A stretch of 30,845 bases of DNA. Source: a bacterium. Lineage in GTDB: Bacteria; Babelota; Babeliae; Babelales; JABCYS01. The notes under the pieces are model-generated. The model worked only from the letters and a program-made list of their open reading frames with translations. It ran no database searches and was not told where the DNA came from. Positions 1-8,042 of this stretch are shown here, in pieces; the stretch's first letter is position 1, and each line of letters opens with the position of its first letter. Location: NCBI GenBank assembly GCA_027452085.1, contig DAIDHG010000005.1, positions 1 to 30,845 of the forward strand, given 5' to 3'. The position numbers were made by a program, and so were the translations under genes.

Positions 1-48
1 CGGTTGCGCCAATGCCAGAAACCACAGTAATGATCTCGTTGTAACCAT
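1..48 (-). CDS. Partial (5' end) signal-peptide protein, possibly the type II secretion secretin GspD
   Basis: ATG at 48 lies 1 nt after the gspC stop and reads MVTTRSLLWFLALAQP... off the window. GspD is inferred only from the usual gspC-gspD order. Confidence 0.45.
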   Translation of the reverse strand, partial: MVTTRSLLWFLALAQP

Positions 49-49
49 C

Positions 50-1183
50 TTATATCTCTTGTTTTATGGGACGATTTTGCAACGTCTCAACCCGTTCTTT
101 TCGTTTTACCTTCTCCAGTATAACGCTCTTTTCGTGTTTTCTAATATCCGAGAGCGATGGGGCGAAGGTATGGCGTTTACGCATTTCTTGAATTTTTTCA
201 TGACGCACATCTTCTGCTGTTTTTGGTAATTGCTCTACCTGAGCGGCAAATGTTGACTTTTTGCCCAGGTTTTCAAGCGTGTAATGAAGGGTAAGCGGGC
301 GTTGGAATCGAGAAATAGAAACTGCCACTGTTGAGCCCAACGGCAAGGTAATCACTTTTTGGTATATGGCCAAGCGCTGATTTAAATCTGCAACCGGCAT
401 GCTGTCTATGGCGATGAGGATGTCGCCCGCTTGCAAGCCTAATTGTGGCCCTACAGATTCTGCTTCCATTTTGCCAATGCGCACTCCAATTGGCTTACCT
501 TTTTTATATACGGTGAGTAGATCAAGGTCGCTCATGAGAGATGCCAATGACGGTATCTGTGCTATAAAGGCTGCCGGATCAATACTATATTGGGTGTCGC
601 GAATGCGTTTTACCACGCCTTCCCAACGATCGGATTGTGGGGTGAATGGTGAGTCTTTTGCCTCTCGTTCACGCAAATACAAAATTTCTTCTTGTCCGTT
701 CGATCGAATGAAGACCACCCTGTTTTTAAAGATACGCATTAATTGTGCATCTTCTATGCGGTCACCAATTTTGTACAACCCTTCTTGTTTTGTTTTTGTT
801 TGCTCAATCAGAGCACGGCTCTTTTGATCGTCACCAGCGATGATCACCCCTTTAACCAGGAGCTGCAGTGGCTCTAAGAATTGGGGTTGAGGCACCTGCG
901 GCATTACCGTTGGAATAGAGGGCGGTGGTGCTGGTAATTGAGCAGCGATCGGTTTTTCCGGTTGCATGAGCTCGATAGGTTTTTGATAGGTGCCGAATAA
1001 ATCATTTTCATAGATTTTGGCAATAACCGTTTCAGGCAGTTGTTTTTTAATCGGCAGCTGATAATGCTCGGGCTCGATTGACGCAAGGCGCGGTGGCTTT
1101 GTCTGTAACAACCAGACAATACCCAGCGTTATAACGAGTAACGCTGCAAGCGCGCAATTAACAATCCATACGGGTTGACGCAT
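50..1183 (-). CDS. gspC: Type II secretion system protein C-like (TM anchor, HR domain, PDZ domain)
   Basis: N-terminal TM helix, Pro-rich linker, HR-like segment (LLVKGVII..SRALIE..YKIGDRIEDAQLMRIFKNRVVF), PDZ-like GLQAGDILIAID. Likely start is ATG 1183 (MRQPVW); the ORF track extends to TTG 1210. Confidence 0.75.
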   Translation of the reverse strand: MRQPVWIVNCALAALLVITLGIVWLLQTKPPRLASIEPEHYQLPIKKQLPETVIAKIYENDLFGTYQKPIELMQPEKPIAAQLPAPPPSIPTVMPQVPQPQFLEPLQLLVKGVIIAGDDQKSRALIEQTKTKQEGLYKIGDRIEDAQLMRIFKNRVVFIRSNGQEEILYLREREAKDSPFTPQSDRWEGVVKRIRDTQYSIDPAAFIAQIPSLASLMSDLDLLTVYKKGKPIGVRIGKMEAESVGPQLGLQAGDILIAIDSMPVADLNQRLAIYQKVITLPLGSTVAVSISRFQRPLTLHYTLENLGKKSTFAAQVEQLPKTAEDVRHEKIQEMRKRHTFAPSLSDIRKHEKSVILEKVKRKERVETLQNRPIKQEI

Positions 1184-1301
1184 CACCGATCCTAAATTCA
1201 TTAACCCCAAACCTTTTTTTGCTCAAGCCAAAATGGGCACATTGAGCAGGCAGCTGCTTTCAAACGTGAGAGAAAATACCCGCAAACAACATTTGGGTCA
1301 A

Positions 1302-2276
1302 TTATGGTGATGGCACCGTTGCGAGGATTTTGCGTACAATTTCATCACTTGTCATATGCATTGCTTCGGCCTCATATGAAAGCGTAATGCGATGGCGAAG
1401 CACCGCTGGCGCGATAGTTTTTACATCGTCTGGGGTGACAAAGTGACGCCCTTTTAAGAAGGCATGTGCTTTTGCGGCAACATGCAAATTGATGGTTGCA
1501 CGAGGCGACGCGCCACATTGAATAAACTCTTTTTCAGAATTTCGTGTTGCTTGTACTAAATTTACAATGTAATCAACAATTTTTTCATTCACGTAAATAT
1601 GTTTGACCAGTTCTTGTGCTTGTGTAATTGCCTCTTTGCTGAGAACTTGCAGCACCTCAACAGGCGCCGATTGGCGGCGAATGATCTCACGCTCTTCACT
1701 GCTATTTGGATAGGTGATAGAAAGTTTAAACATGAATCGATCGACTTGGGCTTCAGGCAAACGATAGGTACCTTCTTGCTCGATCGGATTTTGTGTGGCA
1801 AAAACCAAGAACGGCTCATCCAATTTGTAAGTGCTATTGCCAATGGTTACTTGGCGCTCTTGCATTGCTTCTAGGAGCGCTGACTGCACTTTGGCTGGCG
1901 CACGGTTGATTTCATCAGCCAAAACTAAATGGGCAAAGATTGGTCCTTTTCGCGTTTCAAATTCTTGCGTTTTTTGATTGTAAATTAAGGTGCCAATGAG
2001 ATCGGCTGGTAGTAGATCTGGCGTAAATTGAATGCGTTTGAATGAAAGACCAAGTGCTGAACTGACGGTCTTGATGAGTGTTGTTTTTGCAACACCAGGC
2101 ACGCCTTCAAGCAAAATATGGCCATTGCACAATATTGCCATCAGCACGAAGGGTACGGTCTCCTGTTGGCCGACGATTATCTTGTTGATTTCTGCATGTA
2201 ACAGATGAAACGCAGAACTATCGCTCTTGAGTTGATTGATATATTGGTCTGAAAATGGTTGGGTTTGAGTTTCCAT
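1302..2276 (-). CDS. moxR: MoxR family AAA+ ATPase
   Basis: GHILLEGVPGVAKT, RIQFTPDLLPAD, LADEINRAPAKVQSALLEAMQE, ATQNPIEQEGTY, GASPRA. Confidence 0.95.
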   Translation of the reverse strand: METQTQPFSDQYINQLKSDSSAFHLLHAEINKIIVGQQETVPFVLMAILCNGHILLEGVPGVAKTTLIKTVSSALGLSFKRIQFTPDLLPADLIGTLIYNQKTQEFETRKGPIFAHLVLADEINRAPAKVQSALLEAMQERQVTIGNSTYKLDEPFLVFATQNPIEQEGTYRLPEAQVDRFMFKLSITYPNSSEEREIIRRQSAPVEVLQVLSKEAITQAQELVKHIYVNEKIVDYIVNLVQATRNSEKEFIQCGASPRATINLHVAAKAHAFLKGRHFVTPDDVKTIAPAVLRHRITLSYEAEAMHMTSDEIVRKILATVPSP

Positions 2277-2288
2277 GGTGTGATCCCA

Positions 2289-3038
2289 TTAAGCTCTTGG
2301 TTTTATTGGTCCTTCTCTAAGACCGCGTATAAATTGATGAATATACGGATTTTTTGATTCCCAAATAGTTTTTGCTTCGCCGTAATAATGTATTTGTCCG
2401 TGATAGAGCAGTGCTACATAGTCAACGAAATTAAAAACTTCAGGATCATGAGAAATGATCACTGAGGTGAAATTATACCTCTGTTGAATGTCTTTGATAA
2501 GCTCATGAATGACGCGCGTTGTAATTGGGTCTAATCCGGTGGTTGGTTCGTCATAAAGCATATACTTTGGCTGGGTGAGCAACGTACGCGCCAAACCCAC
2601 TCGTTTGCGCATACCGCCAGAAAGTTCAGAGGGGTATTTGTGCAACACCTCTTGGGGGTTGAGTTGCACGAGCTCTAATTTTTCTTTTACTTTAATAAGC
2701 GCTTCTTCGTGAGAAACACCATTTTCTAATAAGGTGATGCCCACGTTTTCAAAAACATTGAGTGAATCAAGCAGAGCGGCGAATTGAAACACATAGCCAA
2801 AGCGTCTGAAATTTTCATCCAGCTCATCTTCCGACAACGTAGTGATATCGGTGCCATCAACCCAAATGTGGCCGTCATCCGGTCTGATCAAACCAATCAT
2901 TTGCTTTAAAAGAACTGATTTGCCTTCGCCTGATAAGCCCATGATGCATACGGTTTTGTTATCGGGAATCTCTAAGTTCACGCCTTGCGATACGAGCTTC
3001 TCCCCAAAGCTTTTGCGTACATTTTCTAATTTGATCAT
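2289..3038 (-). CDS. mlaF: MlaF/Mkl-type ABC transporter ATP-binding protein
   Basis: Walker A GLSGEGKS, FQFAALLDSL, PSELSGGMRKRVGLAR, YDEPTTGLDP; adjacent to mlaE. ATG 3038 (MIKLEN) is preferred over 3053. Confidence 0.9.
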   Translation of the reverse strand: MIKLENVRKSFGEKLVSQGVNLEIPDNKTVCIMGLSGEGKSVLLKQMIGLIRPDDGHIWVDGTDITTLSEDELDENFRRFGYVFQFAALLDSLNVFENVGITLLENGVSHEEALIKVKEKLELVQLNPQEVLHKYPSELSGGMRKRVGLARTLLTQPKYMLYDEPTTGLDPITTRVIHELIKDIQQRYNFTSVIISHDPEVFNFVDYVALLYHGQIHYYGEAKTIWESKNPYIHQFIRGLREGPIKPRA

Positions 3039-3042
3039 GGCT

Positions 3043-3822
3043 TTAGGTCTCAAATAAGGCGGCCGTGAGGAAATAGTTTGCTGCTAAAATTAACGTCGAG
3101 CTTAACACCACAGCAGCGGTGGTTGAAAGACCAACGCCACGTGCACCGCCAGTGGTGCGATACCCTTTATAACATCCCACCCAGGAAAGAATGAGGCCAA
3201 AAACAGCGGCTTTAATAAGCCCGCCTGTTATATCTTGCAATTCAACAAACTCTTTGATGCTGTGAATAAATTGATCGGGATTTAAATCGAGCGCATATAC
3301 GGCGATGATATAGGCACCAACAATGCCTAAAAAAGCGCAAAAGAGCGAAAGAAATGGCATGATGAGGGTGCCGGCCAGGATGCGCGGGACCATTAGATAT
3401 TGATAAGGATTTATACAAAGCGTGCGTAATGCATCAACCTGTTCGGTGATTTGCATGGCGCCAATTTCAGCAGCGATCGAGGAACAGGCTCGCCCGGTAA
3501 CCATGAGCCCGGCAAGAACTGGGCCCAGCTCGCGTAGCATTGCCAATGCCGTGACCGAACCTAAAAATTGTTCGCCACCAAAACGGTGAAATCCAATATA
3601 GGTCTGAAAGGCAAAGACCATGCCGGTGAAGGTGCCGGTGAGGGCAATGATGCTCATGGAGTCAACGCCAATCAGGCGCATTTGCTCAACAACCTTTTGC
3701 ACCTTGAGGCGTGTGGTAAAAAGAACGCGAACTGATTTTATAAGAAAAAGGAGGAAGCCACCCATACGCTCTAACAAGGAGAGCGTAGCTAAACCGAGAG
3801 TATCAATCAGGTGTAGTTCCAT
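3043..3822 (-). CDS. mlaE: MlaE family ABC permease
   Basis: LRELGPVL, AAEIGAMQITEQVDAL, PRILA, GGARGVG motifs; multi-pass membrane protein. Confidence 0.93.
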   Translation of the reverse strand: MELHLIDTLGLATLSLLERMGGFLLFLIKSVRVLFTTRLKVQKVVEQMRLIGVDSMSIIALTGTFTGMVFAFQTYIGFHRFGGEQFLGSVTALAMLRELGPVLAGLMVTGRACSSIAAEIGAMQITEQVDALRTLCINPYQYLMVPRILAGTLIMPFLSLFCAFLGIVGAYIIAVYALDLNPDQFIHSIKEFVELQDITGGLIKAAVFGLILSWVGCYKGYRTTGGARGVGLSTTAAVVLSSTLILAANYFLTAALFET

Positions 3823-3850
3823 ATCCTCAACTTTTTTTGTTCGCTTGCAT

Positions 3851-4144
3851 TTATGCTGGCTGCTGTTGCTCGGCTGTTGGCTTGAGGCTGGTCAGATAGC
3901 GTGAGCCGCGCACTTGCTCAGTTTTAAGTATAGAAAGGGCCAATGAGCCGCACAGAAAGAGCGCACCCAAGCCCCAGGTGATTTTTTGGAAAATATCTTG
4001 CCCGCCAGATCCGCCAAATAGCATTACTTGTTTGCCGCCGAGTGAGCCGATTCCCATACTGTTGCTGCCTTTTTGAATCAGCACAAGGAGCGTGAGAATG
4101 ATACAAACAAAGATGAATAGGGTGGTAATAAGACCAAATAGCAT
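3851..4144 (-). CDS. secG: Preprotein translocase subunit SecG
   Basis: Two TM helices with LVLIQKG..G..LFGGSG..F.KITW; downstream of tpiA (conserved order); SD AGGAG upstream. Confidence 0.9.
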   Translation of the reverse strand: MLFGLITTLFIFVCIILTLLVLIQKGSNSMGIGSLGGKQVMLFGGSGGQDIFQKITWGLGALFLCGSLALSILKTEQVRGSRYLTSLKPTAEQQQPA

Positions 4145-4176
4145 GTTGTTCTCCTGAAATGGAATTTAATAGGCTC

Positions 4177-4929
4177 TCATTCTATCATATTTATGATATG
4201 AGCAAACTCTTGAATATCCAAACTGGCTTTTCCCACTAAAAAACCTTCAAACGGCTCAATGTTTTTAAGCTCGCCAGCGTTCTTTTGATTGACGCTTCCT
4301 CCATACAAAATGCGGAACTGGGAAGAACCAATTTCGGTTTCCAAAAAATTTCTGATGCATGAAATAGTGTTGCTTATCTCGGGTGGTGTGGGAGTTTTAC
4401 CTGAGCCAATTGCCCATACTGGCTCATAGGCAATATTGAAATGGTGTGTTGTATGTGCAGACAGTATCGATTGCAGAGCTTGTAATTGTTTGGTTAAGAA
4501 CTGTTGCGTCTGCCCGAGATTATATACTGCTTCTGGTTCACCAATACATATAATGGGGGCTAAGCCAGCTTTAAAGGCTTGCCCAACTTTTTGCGCAATG
4601 ATTTCATCGGTATCACTTGCTGCACGCCGTTCACTATGGCCAATAATCACAAATGAACAGCCAAGCTCACGCAGTGATTGCGCGGCCACTTGGCCCGTAT
4701 AGGCTCCAAGATCATGCGCCGAGCAATCTTGGGCACCCAGGTAGATACCGGTTGCCGCCACTATCTGGCCTACCGCACTCAACGCATCGGTGCTTGGCAA
4801 TAGTGCAACATCTATGGTGGCGTTTGCGCCCAATCGGCGCAAAAGATCGAGATCTTTTTTGCACTGCTCAATAGTTTGAGCATACGAGCGATACATTTTC
4901 CAATTTGCTGCAAATAATGGCTTTGACAT
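4177..4929 (-). CDS. tpiA: Triosephosphate isomerase
   Basis: ANWKM, GAYTG, IIGHSERR, IAYEPVWAIG, LYGGSV. Start placed at ATG 4929 because the 4956 extension runs through a terminator hairpin. Confidence 0.96.
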   Translation of the reverse strand: MSKPLFAANWKMYRSYAQTIEQCKKDLDLLRRLGANATIDVALLPSTDALSAVGQIVAATGIYLGAQDCSAHDLGAYTGQVAAQSLRELGCSFVIIGHSERRAASDTDEIIAQKVGQAFKAGLAPIICIGEPEAVYNLGQTQQFLTKQLQALQSILSAHTTHHFNIAYEPVWAIGSGKTPTPPEISNTISCIRNFLETEIGSSQFRILYGGSVNQKNAGELKNIEPFEGFLVGKASLDIQEFAHIINMIE

Positions 4930-4937
4930 GAATGAAC

Positions 4938-4966
4938 AAAAAAAGAGGCCCGACATTTATCGGGCC
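4938..4966 (-). terminator. Rho-independent terminator after the RING gene
   Basis: Minus strand reads GGCCCGA-taaatg-TCGGGCC-tc-TTTTTTT. Confidence 0.75.
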
Positions 4967-5002
4967 CAAATCTACTACAAGCTGTTACTTTGTGCTAACC
5001 AA

Positions 5003-5677
5003 TTACGTCCATATCATATGCAATTTGTGGAAATACCATCGCAGAAAAAACGGCAGGCAACAGATAATCAGCCCTATGGGGATGGAGCCAATGTGTTGGC
5101 CCGCTGGCTGAGCAGGCTTTTGGTTGTTTTGCGGTAGTTGTGGCGATTGTCTCTGCTTAGACTGCTCTTGGTCGCGCCGCAAATTTTCAGCTCGTTGATC
5201 TTCCCGTCTTATTTCTTCATTGTATCGACGCATGTCTTGTTCTTGTTTACGTGCTCGTTCTTCCATCTGTCTACGCGCATGCTCTTGGCGTAGTCGATTA
5301 GTTGCTTGCTCTTGTTGAGCATTGAGCTGCTTTTTAGCTTCTTTATAGGGATCTAATGCCCACGATTGTGCGCGAGGATTGTTTATAAAGGTTGTATCAA
5401 TCTCTGTTCGGCAGTTTGGGCATCTATCATCTTGTAAGCGCCATTTGTCGTAGCACGTGCTACACATAACGTGCAATGTTTGCCCTTGTTGACGTGGGCG
5501 GTGCAGAATCACTGATGGGCGCACCTGTGCATAATTGGCATTAAAGCATGTCTCCATACATGCAGGGCATTCGAGCACCTCCTCTGGTGCCGAAGGAGCT
5601 GGTCGGCCGCTGGCCAACGCAGGAACCGGTGCGATAAAAATTATAAGGGCGAGTAGGGCGGTAAAAACTCTCTTCAT
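5003..5677 (-). CDS. Secreted/membrane-anchored RING-finger protein (candidate E3-ligase effector)
   Basis: Signal peptide, C37xxC40...H59/H69xxC72xxC75xxxW79...C86PNC89R90, Q/E/R-rich coiled coil, hydrophobic C-terminal segment. Confidence 0.75.
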   Translation of the reverse strand: MKRVFTALLALIIFIAPVPALASGRPAPSAPEEVLECPACMETCFNANYAQVRPSVILHRPRQQGQTLHVMCSTCYDKWRLQDDRCPNCRTEIDTTFINNPRAQSWALDPYKEAKKQLNAQQEQATNRLRQEHARRQMEERARKQEQDMRRYNEEIRREDQRAENLRRDQEQSKQRQSPQLPQNNQKPAQPAGQHIGSIPIGLIICCLPFFLRWYFHKLHMIWT

Positions 5678-5680
5678 GCT

Positions 5681-5719
5681 ATAACCTCATATATCTATTA
5701 TTAGGTTATACGAGGTTAT
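5681..5719 (-). promoter_or_regulatory. Hairpin occluding the SD of the RING gene
   Basis: mRNA AUAACCUCGUAU pairs with AUAUGAGGUUAU (12 bp, one G-U), which contains GAGG 7 nt before the AUG. Confidence 0.5.
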
Positions 5720-5764
5720 CGAGCCCACGCCAAGCTTCAACCGCCCTTAAAAAATCTGGCTTAT

Positions 5765-7918
5765 TTATACATATTGAAAGGTAATGGCGCCCTTTTCGAC
5801 TCCTACCTTCACCTCTTTTGTTTCAGGCTGTGCAATGAGGTGCTGGGCTATGGGCACGACCAACTGTTGGGTGATCAGCCGTTTGAGTGGGCGGGCACCA
5901 AATTCTGGGCTATATCCGGTGGCAGCCAAGAGGGTTTGTGTGGCCGGCGTTATATCGAGCGCTATGTTCTTTTGCTTGAGTTGCTCGACCACTTTATGCA
6001 ACTGTAACGCAGCAATGGCGGCTACATTCTCTTGGCTTAATGGATTGAAGTAGACCGTGGCATCAAGGCGGTTTAAAAATTCTGGTCTGAACTGAGTGCG
6101 CAGTCGCTGCTCAAGGTGCTGTTTGACTGAATCAGTAATACCAGCTTCAAGCATCAGATCTGAGCCAATATTGCTCGTCATGATAATGATGCAGTTTTTA
6201 AAGCTGACGGTTCGCCCCTGTGAATCGGTCAGTTGTCCATCATCTAAGAGCTGTAAGAATATATTGAAAACATCGGGGTGCGCTTTTTCAACTTCATCAA
6301 AAAGTAGAACGCTATATGGCGTGCGGCGCACTGCTTCGGTCAGTTGACCCCCTTCTTCATACCCAACGTAGCCCGGCGGTGAGCCGATCAAGCGCGCAAC
6401 GGCATGCTTTTCCATATATTCCGACATGTCGATGCGAATCATTTTGCGCGCGTCATTAAAGAGAATATCGGCCAATACACGAGCAACTTCTGTTTTTCCC
6501 ACGCCCGTTGGGCCAAGGAATAAAAAAGAACCAATTGGTTTATTGGGGTCAGATAATCCTGCACGATGCAGTTGAATTGCTTGACTGATATGGGTGACTG
6601 CATCGTCTTGACCGATCACGCGAGCCTTCATTGTTGCGGCCAAGGTCAGGAATTTTTGCGCTTCTGAGGCAGCTAATTTTTCGGCAGGAATGCCGGTCCA
6701 ACGAGCGAGTACTAAGGCAATGTCACGCTCATCAACTTCATCTTTTACCAACCGACGCGGGCTTTGGGCAAGTTTTTCTTGCTCTGTTTTAAGCTCGGTG
6801 GTGAGTTTGACCAGCGTGCCGTATTTAATTTCTGAAGCTTTCGCGTAATCACCGGCGCGTTCAAATTGCTGGTATGAACTATTTGCACGTTCAATCTGTT
6901 CTTTGATGCGCATGATACGTTCCATCGGCTCTTTTTCTGCGCGCCATTGGCTGCGCAGTGTCTGCAGCTGCTCTTTGAGTTGACCAAGCTCGTGATCAAT
7001 GGCCGACAAGCGGCCCGTTGAGTGGCCCCCGTTCGTCCTGAGCGTGTCGAAGGATTCGGGGGTTTGCTGTTCCTTGCTCAAGGCAACGCGCTCAATTTCC
7101 AGCTGCCGTACCTTGCGATCAATCTTATCGATCTCTTCTGGTTGAGAATCAATAGCCATGCGCACCATTGCAGCCGCTTCATCGACTAAATCGATCGCCT
7201 TATCAGGCAAGAATCGATCTGCTATATATTTTGATGAAAGGAGCGCGGCATCTACCAATGCTTGGTCTTTGATGCGAATGCCATGATGGAGCTCATAACG
7301 TTCTTTGAGTCCACGCAAAATGGAAATGGTATCTTCAGTAGTTGGCTCGGGAACTAACACTTTTTGAAATCGACGCTCGAGTGCCGCATCTTGTTCAATA
7401 TATTTTTTATATTCTTCAAGGGTGGTAGCCCCAATGCAATGCAGGTCACCACGGGCCAAGGCTGGCTTGAGCAAATTACCGGCATCCATAGCGCCCGATG
7501 TGCGGCCAGCGCCAATGAGCGTATGCAGCTCATCAATGAAGAGGATGACCGACTCCTGTTTCTCTTCGATCTCTTTCAAGATCCCTTTCAGACGCTCTTC
7601 AAACTCACCTTGATATTTGGCGCCTGCGATGAGTAGCCCCATATCGAGAGAGAATATCTGCTTATTTTTTAATCCTTCAGGTACATCGTGGCTTACAATG
7701 CGCTGTGCAATGCCTTCAACGATTGCTGTTTTACCAACGCCGGGCTCGCCAATGAGCACCGGATTGTTTTTGGTGCGGCGTGAAAGAATTTGTATCACGC
7801 GTCTGATCTCTTCATGCCGCCCGATGACCGGATCGATCTGATTCTTTTTTGCCCGCTCGGTTACATTAACACAAAAGCGTTCAAGCGCGGTGCGATTATC
7901 TTGTGGTTGTATATTCAT
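5765..7918 (-). CDS. clpB: Chaperone ClpB lacking the N-terminal Clp-N domain
   Basis: Two AAA+ modules ([16 protein letters not shown]), [11 protein letters not shown] and GYVGYEEGG pore loops, long M-domain coiled coil, no IGF ClpP-docking loop seen; SD AAGGAG upstream. Confidence 0.95.
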   Translation of the reverse strand: MNIQPQDNRTALERFCVNVTERAKKNQIDPVIGRHEEIRRVIQILSRRTKNNPVLIGEPGVGKTAIVEGIAQRIVSHDVPEGLKNKQIFSLDMGLLIAGAKYQGEFEERLKGILKEIEEKQESVILFIDELHTLIGAGRTSGAMDAGNLLKPALARGDLHCIGATTLEEYKKYIEQDAALERRFQKVLVPEPTTEDTISILRGLKERYELHHGIRIKDQALVDAALLSSKYIADRFLPDKAIDLVDEAAAMVRMAIDSQPEEIDKIDRKVRQLEIERVALSKEQQTPESFDTLRTNGGHSTGRLSAIDHELGQLKEQLQTLRSQWRAEKEPMERIMRIKEQIERANSSYQQFERAGDYAKASEIKYGTLVKLTTELKTEQEKLAQSPRRLVKDEVDERDIALVLARWTGIPAEKLAASEAQKFLTLAATMKARVIGQDDAVTHISQAIQLHRAGLSDPNKPIGSFLFLGPTGVGKTEVARVLADILFNDARKMIRIDMSEYMEKHAVARLIGSPPGYVGYEEGGQLTEAVRRTPYSVLLFDEVEKAHPDVFNIFLQLLDDGQLTDSQGRTVSFKNCIIIMTSNIGSDLMLEAGITDSVKQHLEQRLRTQFRPEFLNRLDATVYFNPLSQENVAAIAALQLHKVVEQLKQKNIALDITPATQTLLAATGYSPEFGARPLKRLITQQLVVPIAQHLIAQPETKEVKVGVEKGAITFQYV
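7026..7062. repeat. Short palindromic REP-like element inserted in-frame in clpB
   Basis: CCCCCG-TTCG-TCCT-GAGCGTGTCGA-AGGA-TT-CGGGGG; encodes [11 protein letters not shown] in the M-domain; 21/26 identical to the herA copy. Confidence 0.75.
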
Positions 7919-7936
7919 TGATGCTCCTTTTAGCTC

Positions 7937-8001
7937 GCAATGGTAAAAACACGCGGCTTGGCAGAACGGTGTTCAACTCGCCGCCTCGCTTCAACCATTG
8001 C
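7937..8001 (-). promoter_or_regulatory. Extended stem-loop in the uvrC-clpB spacer (clpB 5' leader)
   Basis: Nested pairings GCAAUGGU/ACCAUUGC, GAAGCG/UGUUUU, GCGGC/GCCGC, GAAC/GUUC on the minus strand. Confidence 0.5.
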
Positions 8002-8042
8002 TTCGCACGTGAGTTTTTTGGTCGATCTGAGAGCCGCTGCAA

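Noticed and set aside
5724..5741. CCAAGCTTCAA shared with the herA insert flank (reverse strand near 15680-15690)
   Set aside because: An 11-nt match with no extension is not significant in 30 kb.
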